From IMG/VR virus record IMGVR_UViG_3300001390_000008, positions 29,805-93,804 of that record: a DNA stretch of 64,000 nt. One strand, written 5' to 3'. The notes below the pieces were generated by a model. The model was not told the origin of the DNA, searched no databases, and worked only from the letters and a program-made list of their open reading frames with translations. Every line of letters begins with the position of its first letter. Within the stretch, counting starts at the first letter, position 1. This document shows positions 10,078 through 19,930 of the stretch, one piece after another. Origin of the DNA: a virus. The position numbers and the translations under genes were made by a program.

Positions 10078-10317
10078 TTATTGCCTCGCACTAATCAGAT
10101 GCAGGTTAACGCTATCTAGCACCTGTAAGGCTAGTTTATCGTACTTGTGGCCTAGTAGATCATCGGTAACTATAGGTGTACTAGAGGGGCATTGTGTTAA
10201 TAATTGTGCCATTATTTCAAGCACATTTATTTTTGACTCAGTAGTCGCGTATTGCCAGTCAATACTTTTTTGCAGATTATCGTATGACTTAGCTGTTTGG
10301 TTGTTTGCGATACTCAT
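10078..10317 (-). CDS. hypothetical phage protein
   Basis: 79-aa ORF, GAGG RBS. Confidence 0.55.
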   Translation of the reverse strand: MSIANNQTAKSYDNLQKSIDWQYATTESKINVLEIMAQLLTQCPSSTPIVTDDLLGHKYDKLALQVLDSVNLHLISARQ

Positions 10318-10626
10318 TTTATTGCCTCGTTTATATATTTATATTTATATTTTGAAATTATACACTAACATATTTTGAAATTGATTACAAACATTTATTT
10401 AATGACAATATTTACCGCCCATATTCCGCCTGTATTCCCATATCTTTATTTTCTGCTTTCCGCATTCATTCGGCGGGACACAACCTAACTTCCCCTCATA
10501 ATCTGTTCCTTTGTTTTTTAAAGTTTCTGTAAGTATTAATTTACCCTTGCGGTATATTTTATGTATACATTTACTCACGTAGTCCCCCTTGATTTTAATT
10601 AGCTAAGATGTAGTATTTATTTGTTC

Positions 10627-10895
10627 TATTATTAGACCATAATTTGTAATTAATTACAAGAAAACATTTTTATACGAACATAAATTTAATCTATATTAGA
10701 ATTTAATTACATTATTATATTAGAATTTAATTACATTTTGCAAGCGATTTCAAAATATTATTATATTATAATATTACTATATTATTAACAGTGAGGCGGG
10801 ATTCTGCGAATGGTATTAGGTATGCCCTGCGGGGGCGAGTAGGTATAGTAAGGTATGAGGCCCGGCCCCGCGAATACTTGAGGGGGGGGGTATAT
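10627..10895. repeat. composite AT-repeat/iteron element, copy 2
   Basis: 10627-10768 is near-identical to 17689-17838; followed by CTGCG-N9-AGGTAT boxes. Confidence 0.85.
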
Positions 10896-11199
10896 AACTA
10901 CTTACCCCTTCCCTCTATTCTCCACACTGCTATAGATATGTAGGCGGCGTATAGCATACACAACTCAACTCTAAGAAGAGTCAATCTACTATAGAGAATT
11001 ACTACTTTAAATATATTTTTTATACTAACCACCATGACTCCTTTTTTTTGGGGCGCATATATCCTTATGTATATTATACTACTATAGCAAGTCAAGTTTA
11101 AGTTAAATAAATATTATTTTATGTAATCAATGTCAAATAAAATTTACTATTAAATTATTATAGATAAATTCAATTTTGGTTGTCGACGGAAAATTTGCT

Positions 11200-11330
11200 A
11201 CAAATAAGTAAATAAGTAAATAAGTAAATAGACAAAACAGGGTATATACTGCCACACGTAATTAATTACAAATAAGTAAATAGGTAAATACAAAAAGGGA
11301 TATACTGTCACAGGTAGACAATTACAACTA
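11200..11330. repeat. AAATAAGT tandem repeats inside a duplicated ~60-70-bp unit
   Basis: caaataagtaaata...gggtatatactgccacacgta and caaataagtaaata...gggatatactgtcacaggta. Confidence 0.7.
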
Positions 11331-11984
11331 ATATAAAAGACTAGCTGTTTATATCTATCTCTCTATTACTCTCTATCTATATATTATGTTATGTGGCCCC
11401 CCAAACTTTAAACATACATTCTCTGTAGGAGAAGAACTAATATAGCGATGCAAGTAGACGCCCACCCAAAAGTTGCAGTAATGTTTTTATCCCTTATCCC
11501 TAGATATACGTTGATTATAGATACAGCAAACCACACATAAAGAACAATATTCGCTATTACTTTAGTGTCATAATAAGTCATTTCATTTTCCCCTGTTTAG
11601 ATATAGCAAAATAGTGAGTAGTTTTCCATCATGCTCAGGATGTCGAATGCTTGTTTCATGTACGCTCCTAAGGGAGAGAATCCGATAGTACTGGTCGGCT
11701 GCCATCCTTTTTATCACATAGCCTGATCCCGTGATCCGTTTGTTATCCTACGCTATAATAAGCAAGGGACTAAAATACCCGTGAGGGCTATAGCTGCATT
11801 TCACTAATAAGATTCACCGCCAGGGTGCGCGTCATGTTTTCCCGCACTCTATTTAATGTTTACTCCTATTTAATACCAAATAACCAGACTCAAGTATAAC
11901 CCTGTCTATATTAGTAGCCATAATTGCCGCAAGCTCTAAAAAGTCATAAGTAGGATAATCCATGTAATGCCCCCTATAGTTTAA

Positions 11985-12248
11985 TTATACACAGTATATA
12001 TTTATATGTTTACTTTCCATTGAATACCCGTGCCCGATTGACCCGCCGCCTTTAGATAATCTATGCCCTGTTTTGTCTGATATGATTTTACAGGCCTCGG
12101 CATAGTTCCCCTTAGTTGATGCTGCGTTTATTTTATCGTTATGCCCTATATATAAGGGTTTATTATGACCTAGTAACTGGTATACCATCACTGTTCGATT
12201 AAACCCTCTAGCACCCCTCTCTGATCCCATATAGATAAATGTTTTCAT
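11985..12248 (-). CDS. hypothetical phage protein
   Basis: 87-aa ORF, AGGGG RBS. Confidence 0.6.
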   Translation of the reverse strand: MKTFIYMGSERGARGFNRTVMVYQLLGHNKPLYIGHNDKINAASTKGNYAEACKIISDKTGHRLSKGGGSIGHGYSMESKHINIYCV

Positions 12249-12297
12249 GATATGCCCCTATCAGTATTTGCGCCTAGATAACTGCACTATCTAGTTG

Positions 12298-12579
12298 TTA
12301 ATAACTCAATCCTAGGTTATCAAGGCGCGATTCATATCTGTGTAAGATTAAACCAGCCTCTATTAATACGCTGGTATCATAATCAATCAATACTTGATGC
12401 CAGTAGTCACCTGTACCAATACTGGCGCTCGGTTTATAGCCCCATGATGCAGGGGTATATTCACCGCGATCATTTAATTGATCGCAGATTGAAAAATGCA
12501 GGTTCATACTTGATCCCCATGGATCTGCAATATCCCGCACAAGCTTATATTCTGCCAGCAGTTCTTTATAGGTATACAT
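12298..12579 (-). CDS. hypothetical phage protein
   Basis: 93-aa ORF, GAGGT RBS. Confidence 0.6.
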   Translation of the reverse strand: MYTYKELLAEYKLVRDIADPWGSSMNLHFSICDQLNDRGEYTPASWGYKPSASIGTGDYWHQVLIDYDTSVLIEAGLILHRYESRLDNLGLSY

Positions 12580-13394
12580 AATAATTACCTCAGTTTGGGG
12601 GTATCAGGCCGCTGGTGTATCATCTTTGTTTCCCTTTATTTAAATCGTAGTGCTTAGCGTTTCTTTGTATATCCGACCAGCCGTCGAGCATGTTCAGAAG
12701 ACCGTGTAGAGCATCAAAGTTAGATTTTCCAACGCGCAATATATCAAGCCCATGAACATGCCTGGCTAGAATTAAGCGTTGTTTTTCTAACAGTTCAAAG
12801 TCTACACCTTGAATTACTAAAGTCTTTTTAGTCATATTACCTTCCCCATATTAATAGCTTCTTGCAGTGCCTTCGCTATAGTTATTTCCAGAACATCTCT
12901 ATCTAAAACTATTTGCCCCATGAACTCATGAGACGTAACATAGCGTATACTGGTTATTTCACCACTATAGTTAGTTGTGGTTAAAATGTCGGTTATCTGT
13001 TAGACATAACGGAGGTCTTTGATCTGCCTATTGCGATTAGTTAATCGTTGAAACTTTTGCCCTATTTTATATTTTGGTGTTTTCATGATATGCCCCTATC
13101 AGTTATGCCCCTGCTTATACCATGACGTTTCAGCCATCCGCATACGGTACTTTTTATACCTATTACAAATTCTCCTCCGATCTTTTTTAACTGGTTTTAA
13201 GCCGTACAAATTAACTCCCTCATATTTTAGTTGCCCGTATAACTCACGTATTGGCCACAATTTTTCATCGTGTAACATACAGACATGTCCGGCAGCATCG
13301 CGGCGCGGATTCATCTATCTGGTTTAGTAGCCAGTGTATATTTGTTTCCGGTAAAGTTTTCATTTTAATCAACTGCCTCCCATTCTATATTTTA

Positions 13395-13841
13395 TTACTT
13401 AGGTGTCACTTTTAACTGATCTGGTTTTTGCGTGGTGTGCCCAGTAATAGTAATCTTATCAACCTCTTTTTCTGATAACACCTGCTTAACTTTACCCATA
13501 GGCACAGTAGCCGTATTAAAAAAATCCTTCTTCGATACCTTGCTAAAGAATTTTTTTATATCAACACTATTAGAGGCCCGTATTGGCGGCGTATATATTT
13601 CACCCACCCCCTTACTAGTCTCTACTAAACGTGCCCCGGCCTCTACCATTCTGGTTTCCAGCTTTTCCTCATTCTCTTTAATACGGGCCGCCAGCATTTT
13701 CTGGAGTTTCATATCTTCAGATATTTTATTGACTAACACCTTAAGGTCTTTCGTATCTGTGCTTGTCTGTTTACGTGCCCTGTTATTACTAGTTGTCTTT
13801 GCTACTGTACTTTTACGTGTACGTGTTCTTACTTGTGCCAT
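13395..13841 (-). CDS. basic hypothetical protein
   Basis: 148-aa K/R-rich ORF, GAGGA RBS, preceded by a palindrome copy. Confidence 0.7.
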   Translation of the reverse strand: MAQVRTRTRKSTVAKTTSNNRARKQTSTDTKDLKVLVNKISEDMKLQKMLAARIKENEEKLETRMVEAGARLVETSKGVGEIYTPPIRASNSVDIKKFFSKVSKKDFFNTATVPMGKVKQVLSEKEVDKITITGHTTQKPDQLKVTPK

Positions 13842-14189
13842 GTTTCTGTCCTCTTTGTTTATGTATCTATTATATGAAATTAATTACAAAATATATAATT
13901 AAAATTATCTATAACCCTATTAATAAATACCTATCTAATTGAGCAAAAAGGGTACGATGTTGCACATTTTGCCCAGTTTCACAGTTTAATAGCATTATTG
14001 CTATTTTTACTTACCCCTCCTCATATGAGTCAAAAGGCATTCCTATGGCCTCAACTAATTCATCATCATCCAGATCTTTTAGCCTTTTTATGATAGCTTC
14101 TCTAAACATAATTGGTGTAATATCTTCGCCGCCTTTACTAATTGAGTGTGGTATGGCGAAGGCAATGTCATAAGCGTGGTTATATGTAA

Positions 14190-14495
14190 TCATAATATTT
14201 TCCTAGCCCATCGAGGCAAATTTGAGTTTGTGTAATACCATAAATCGTATAGGCCGTTATGCGTTTCAATTCCAAAAACCCACCGATTATTTAATTTTTC
14301 TAAGTACAGCCGGGTATCCCTAGGCTCAACCTTACACACCTGATAAATCATGAGATAAAGTGCGGATGGCATGTAGATAGATATTTTACCTACATATTCA
14401 GTTGCATTATCTTTATACAAATACAGTTGCCTGCCTTTTTTTTCTTTGCCCTTTCCTCTAATAATTATTGGCCACTTTGGCGTATCGAAAATCAT
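14190..14495 (-). CDS. hypothetical phage protein
   Basis: 101-aa ORF, ATGA overlap with 14011..14193. Confidence 0.5.
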   Translation of the reverse strand: MIFDTPKWPIIIRGKGKEKKGRQLYLYKDNATEYVGKISIYMPSALYLMIYQVCKVEPRDTRLYLEKLNNRWVFGIETHNGLYDLWYYTNSNLPRWARKIL

Positions 14496-14837
14496 GCAAT
14501 AAATATTACTGCGAAAGAAAACCCCACCTTAAGGATATAGTAGAGTATAGTTAACACTAATGATATAAACGGCGAGGCTATTATTACCACTGCTATAATA
14601 ACAAACACCACCGCCATGCTTTCAGATTCATCATAGTTCATCAGTGCTTGCCCCATCTTTCATTTCGTCTACAGACATCACCCAGTCCCCGCCAAAATAC
14701 TCCTGATATTCCGTAGCTAGATAGTCGGCATCTTCCTTACATGGCAGCCCCCAATCTATTACATGCACTTCATCCAGTCCAAGTTCCCTACCTATTACCC
14801 TCCAATACATAATTTTACCCCTATTTATAAAACAGTT

Positions 14838-15440
14838 TTAATGCGGTCTACCGTCTATATCAAATTCATACTCATTATTTTCTATAGTTTCTTCTACAGA
14901 TTCGTTTGATGTGAGGTATTCATAATCGTTTTGCAGTCGTGTATAGATCCATCTCATTAATTTCCTTAGCTCTTCTGCAATACTCTTTTCAGTATCAGCA
15001 AAAGTATCGGAGTATCTAGTACACCCCAGATCAACATCAATATCTGTACAATATTCATGGTAATAGTATCCCCTGTGTTTAATGTTAGCGGTTAATCTAT
15101 AAAAATAAGGCAGCTGTACTTCCCTCAATTTTTTTGCAATCGCCTGCAATATTTCATCTTTAGGGGCATATTCTTCTATGGCCTTAACTGATCCCTTCTT
15201 ATACTGATAGCTACCCTCAAAGCAAGCACCATCCCCTTGATTCCAGAAACCAGTAAAGAGGATTTTATCTATCTCTATTCCCATCAGTGCGGCGGCTGTA
15301 GTAACGTCTTCATCTATGCCTTCGTGCCAAAGCTCATACCCTGTATTGATGTCTCGTAAATTATCTAATACAGTGGCCTTTACTTCGCCGGGCAATTCAG
15401 CATATTTATATAAATTAGTATGTGTTGTTTGTACTCTCAT
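14838..15440 (-). CDS. conserved mobile-element/phage hypothetical protein
   Basis: FTGFWNQGDGACFEG and YEYLTSNESVEETIENNEYEFDIDG motifs. Confidence 0.75.
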   Translation of the reverse strand: MRVQTTHTNLYKYAELPGEVKATVLDNLRDINTGYELWHEGIDEDVTTAAALMGIEIDKILFTGFWNQGDGACFEGSYQYKKGSVKAIEEYAPKDEILQAIAKKLREVQLPYFYRLTANIKHRGYYYHEYCTDIDVDLGCTRYSDTFADTEKSIAEELRKLMRWIYTRLQNDYEYLTSNESVEETIENNEYEFDIDGRPH

Positions 15441-15618
15441 TTTGACATTTCCTCTATCTTGCTGCTGACTTTACTACTATGGGTTCACGGCTACTCTCTA
15501 TTGTATCCGCATAATACCGGGCCTGTTCATAGGTGTGGAAAGTGCGGCCAACTATGCGCATCTTCCCGCCTTCGCTAAAATAAATAACATAATAACTATG
15601 AGGAAGTTTAGCCATAAT

Positions 15619-15813
15619 CTACCCTCTTTCAGTCGCTTTTTCCCAAATAGTATTCAATATATCGCTTTGCTTCCTAGACAAACCGATACTTTTAAATAAT
15701 TGATCATTAATTGAGTCTATAAAATTAGTCTCCCAATCAGATAACCTTGATTCCCTAGCCTCACAATCTTCTACCATTTGTTGCCATTCTTCTTGGTCTT
15801 TAAAATTAGGCAT
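15619..15813 (-). CDS. hypothetical phage protein
   Basis: LSDWETNFIDSI...LSRKQ motif. Confidence 0.6.
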   Translation of the reverse strand: MPNFKDQEEWQQMVEDCEARESRLSDWETNFIDSINDQLFKSIGLSRKQSDILNTIWEKATERG

Positions 15814-16042
15814 TAGTTTCTTCCGCGCTTACTATAAAACTACGATGGATAATAATTTCATCCCCCGGCCTTTTTGTAATATACCCACATAATGTTTTTG
15901 TCTTACCTTTTATAATTACACAGTAAACCGCCTCATCTTTCTGCGATTTTACCTCTACCGTGAAAGTGCCTTTACGTGAGTGTGTTATTAAATACCTTTT
16001 ACCATTTTCTAACTGTATATCTGATTTGTTGCTTTTATTCAT
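15806..16042 (-). CDS. small hypothetical protein, paralog of 4696..4905
   Basis: sequence similarity to 4696..4905. Confidence 0.65.
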   Translation of the reverse strand: MNKSNKSDIQLENGKRYLITHSRKGTFTVEVKSQKDEAVYCVIIKGKTKTLCGYITKRPGDEIIIHRSFIVSAEETNA

Positions 16043-17199
16043 TCACCCTTCCCCCACCCATCAGATATATCGATCTCAGTAACCTCAACCCCTAAAAGAC
16101 TAGCCCAATCGTCTGCGGTACGTTTAGGACACCTATATATCTCATTCGTATAATCTAGCCATTTTGTTTCCCCATTACAGCCTATTATCTTAGCCTGATA
16201 ACTTATTTTAGGGGCAGTTCCGTGCCTTGGTATTCTAGAGTCTGGCCTGTACTTAACCAACACTACTTTTAATTTATTACTCGTTGTCATAATCAACCTC
16301 TAATGATTCATAAGGGTATCTATTATCGTCTATCCCACAATTGGGGCAAAATCCAACCTCGTCATGTTTCCCCTTAGACGCCCATTCATGCCCACATTCC
16401 GGGCATCTATAGTGATTAGCATACATAAAGTAAGGCTTAGGCATTATCATCTAACTCCCTTAGTACCATGTCTGCGTAAAGGTCTGTATCATCTACTGAT
16501 ACCGCCCAGCCACTTAACAAATTAAGCCCAAAGTACCTATGTATACGATAACTGTCTTCCTCTTCGTGCTTTAATACTACACGAACACAACTCTCTGTAG
16601 TTATCTTACATATTACTGTAAGCCCCTCCTCCCATTCTTTCCTAAGTTCTTCTAGTGTCATTTATCCACACCTCTTTATTAATTATGAAATACGCCCCTT
16701 CTAACCACAAAGCTACTTCAAAGAGGTTATCAAAATAAATTATAGGCTGGTGCTTGTCGCGTATTACAAAATTATCATTTACTACAGATCGACTAACTAC
16801 CTCTACCTCCAAATTTAAAGCCTCCGCTAACTGCTCAATTCGTATCCATGTCTTTACTGTTTTTGCTGCACACGCCATTTATCTACTCTCTTTTATTAAC
16901 TGTTATGTATATTATATTGTAATTAATTTCAATTTACCAATAGAAACTTTTTATGGGGCCATTTTATTTTCCTTTTAATAGCGCATTTAACTTAACTACA
17001 CAAGCGGGTATATTACAACGAAAAACATAGTCATACGAATAGCGCCCTATGGGCGGCTGTAGCTTCAAACTGTCCCCGGTTCTTGACCGTATTTTACACC
17101 AGTAGTCAAAATCCCCATCTGATGATAAATAATATTTTTCATCAGATGTCATTATGTGTCCTTTTTTAGAAATAATGTCCTTTGTTGTATATTCCATTT

Positions 17200-17598
17200 T
17201 TACCCCCAATTTGCGGCTTTGTACCCTGGAGCTTCATCTAACAAATCTTCCATGATGGTTACCAGGATCTTATAAGCGTCGGTTTGGTAGTAGTCGTCAG
17301 TTTCGCAAGACTGATACTCTAAACAGCTAAGGTGCTTAGCTATCTGCCCCGTAGACACCGAGACACTACGCTTTACAAGTTCCTTGCACTGGTTAATATA
17401 CATAAAATCCGCTTCGTCGGGCTCCCTCTCGTAACGTGCGCTAACTGACCTAATGTTTTCCTCGGCTAAAATTTCAGCTATTTTTTCAGGCTCAAATATG
17501 CCCCGCCCCGCTAAAATTCCATAGTTACAGCATTTGTGGGCCGCTGCATAACTTGCCAGTGCTGCGATAGTTTCGGCTTGTACTAAAAATGCACTCAT
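17200..17598 (-). CDS. conserved phage hypothetical protein
   Basis: ENIRSVSARY...CLEYQSCETDDY motif; first gene after a promoter; GAGGT RBS. Confidence 0.75.
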   Translation of the reverse strand: MSAFLVQAETIAALASYAAAHKCCNYGILAGRGIFEPEKIAEILAEENIRSVSARYEREPDEADFMYINQCKELVKRSVSVSTGQIAKHLSCLEYQSCETDDYYQTDAYKILVTIMEDLLDEAPGYKAANWG

Positions 17599-17688
17599 AA
17601 TTTTTACCTCACCTTAATAGTATTAATCTTTATACCAATAGCCATAAATACAACGCCAGGTTTAGATGTAAATCCGTCATTATATGCT

Positions 17689-18030
17689 TATTATTAAACC
17701 ATAATTTGTAATTAATTACAAGAAAACATTTTTATACGAACATAAATTTAATTTATATTAGAATTTAATTACATTAGAATATTAGAATTTAATTATATTA
17801 TTATATTTTGCAAGCGATTTCAAAATATTATTGTATTAGAATATTATGATATTAGAATACTCTAATATTACTAGTGATACGAAATCTCTGCGATGGCAAG
17901 TGGGTGTCGTAAATATGACTAGTGGTGAGAAATCTCTGCGACCAGAGATGGGTGTGAGGTACAGCTCTGCGACCAGAATCGGGTGTCGTACTAGTGGTGG
18001 AAAATCTCTGCGGTGGTGAATGGGTGTTTA
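17689..18030. repeat. composite AT-repeat/iteron element, copy 3
   Basis: near-duplicate of 10627-10768 plus four CTCTGCG-N9-GGGTGT boxes (17886, 17934, 17965, 18006). Confidence 0.85.
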
Positions 18031-18709
18031 TTTTACTAACCTAATAGCAGATCTTAATATTATATTCTCTTTTTGTATTCTTTCAATATCTACTTCCATC
18101 CCAGCAGCCCACGACATTAAAAGATTAAAAGAATCTTCTACATCGGTGCCTTTTACTGCTTCCTGTACATCAAAAATATGGTCTTGTATACTCATGTTTG
18201 CCACTCCTTGCTAATGTATTAAAAACTGTGTGTGCAGTAATCGGTATCCCAATATACGGAGGCCCACGTATTTATGTCTAAATGCCCCATATAATTACCT
18301 CACCTTTGCTAGCCATATTCAGATATTATTTCTATTGCCCTTTTTCTTAGTAGCTTAAGACTGCTACAGATTATTTCCTCCTCAATATTTCCATTAGCCT
18401 CATACTGCAATTTGTATAGATTTACATCTATTTTAGAAATATCCACTGAATAATAAGAGAAGCCCTCTATATCTAATGTAGCTTTAAATATCGTTATTAA
18501 TGCCATTTGTTTTACTGCCCCGCCTTCTGCATATCTAGATATATTTAGTCAATGTGGTGGATTACTTTATCTGCTATCTCACTGGCAATTTCAGATATAT
18601 ATTCTTTTTCTTCACAGTCGCTTCTCTCAATTGCCTTCATCTTCACTTCCTCGTGTAGTTTTAGCGAACATGTTGCATTACAGTAATGCTCGGTATGTAT
18701 GCGTGGCTG

Positions 18710-19426
18710 TTAGGCATCAGAAATTCTGTCCTTTGCCGTATTAAAATAATCATCATCCAATTCAATACCAATAAAATCTCTACCTGTTTTTTTGCAGGCC
18801 GCGCCAGTTGTCCCAGTCCCCATAAATGGGTCTAAAACAACTGAATCAACTTTGCTAAATAATCTAATTACTTTTTCTGCTAATTCCTGCGGAAATACCG
18901 CGCCATGGTCTTTGCTTACTTTCTTTCCGCGCTTTATACTCCAAACATTTGAAAGCACCCCTCTATCAAACTGTGCAGTTTTAAATGACCTGCTTTCAGG
19001 CGCACTGTTTTGAAGCACAATCAAAACCTCAAATTGGCTATTCATTACGCCTTTCCCTATTGCAGGCTGCGCGTTTAACTTATCCCATATAATAAATTCT
19101 TTTACTTTGCCGCTAAATTCACCAAGCAGTTTAAAAAGAGCAGGTTTGTTACCTGTGAGGAATTGCACATTGTAAAAAACCAAATCAGAAACCCTTAAAC
19201 ACTCATTTAAAACTTTCTTGTTAAACTCAAAATAATCGTCAATAGGCAAATTATCGTCAAAGCTTTTATATTTTGTACTTATCTCTTTAACTATCTGCCT
19301 AGAGCAATATTTACCATTTCTAATCCTGAGATTCATATTGTACGGCGGGCTGGTTAATACAATATCAACACTTCCGCTTGGTATTTCTTTCATTTTTTCT
19401 AAACAATTACCTCTTAATAATTTCAT
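18710..19426 (-). CDS. DNA methyltransferase, N4-cytosine/N6-adenine beta class
   Basis: TSPPY motif IV, HGAVFP, VLDPFMGTGTT motif I, FIGIEL. Confidence 0.92.
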   Translation of the reverse strand: MKLLRGNCLEKMKEIPSGSVDIVLTSPPYNMNLRIRNGKYCSRQIVKEISTKYKSFDDNLPIDDYFEFNKKVLNECLRVSDLVFYNVQFLTGNKPALFKLLGEFSGKVKEFIIWDKLNAQPAIGKGVMNSQFEVLIVLQNSAPESRSFKTAQFDRGVLSNVWSIKRGKKVSKDHGAVFPQELAEKVIRLFSKVDSVVLDPFMGTGTTGAACKKTGRDFIGIELDDDYFNTAKDRISDA

Positions 19427-19431
19427 TTGTT

Positions 19432-19782
19432 TTACTGCCTCGCCTTTTTTGCTATTTCTACTAGCTCATTCCAGTCACGATGGCCTGTGTTACAATGCTT
19501 TATAGCTAAAACTAATAGTCTACCCCGCTCAGGTTCAAGAGAGAATATGTAATTTCTAAGCCCCTGCATTTCTGCGGTCTGTGTTCCGGCCCCGCCGCAG
19601 ATACACTTCTTTCCGCTTACTGGCTTTCCCTGCCCGGCACAAACACTACACATAGCCGACTCTTTAGTACACTCTATGTGTCTCAATGTAAATTCAACCA
19701 TTTCATCCGCACCTAGATTATCCCATCTATTTAACTCATCTGCCTGCTTATTCCAGGCTTCTATAATATCGTTAATTTGCAT
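19432..19782 (-). CDS. hypothetical protein with CxxC..CxC cluster
   Basis: 116-aa ORF; its ATG lies in the degenerate core of an attC-like site. Confidence 0.6.
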   Translation of the reverse strand: MQINDIIEAWNKQADELNRWDNLGADEMVEFTLRHIECTKESAMCSVCAGQGKPVSGKKCICGGAGTQTAEMQGLRNYIFSLEPERGRLLVLAIKHCNTGHRDWNELVEIAKKARQ

Positions 19783-19878
19783 AGTAATTAGCTCCAGCCG
19801 ACGTAGTGTGCGTCAGTATTTTCGTTAAATTTAAGCTCATGTGCCCCGCCCATTACGCGGCTGAGCATGGCGTTATAT
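19779..19878 (+). mobile_element. integron attC-like recombination site (near complete, R'' degenerate)
   Basis: GCATAGT-AATTA-GCTC(C)AGCCG(A)CGTAGTG ... CATTACG-CGGCT-GAGC-ATGGC-GTTATAT; hairpin with two extrahelical bases. Confidence 0.7.
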
Positions 19879-19894
19879 TGCTCGTTCCCCGCTT

Positions 19895-19930
19895 GGACTG
19901 CTTCGCCGCCAGTTAATTCAGTCGTTATAA
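19895..19930 (+). mobile_element. attC-like right half
   Basis: GGACTGCTTCGCCGCCAGTTAATTCAGTC-GTTATAA. Confidence 0.55.

Noticed and set aside
17870-18030. CRISPR mini-array
   Set aside because: Repeats are bipartite and degenerate, the period is irregular (48/31/41 bp), and variable parts are too short for spacers.
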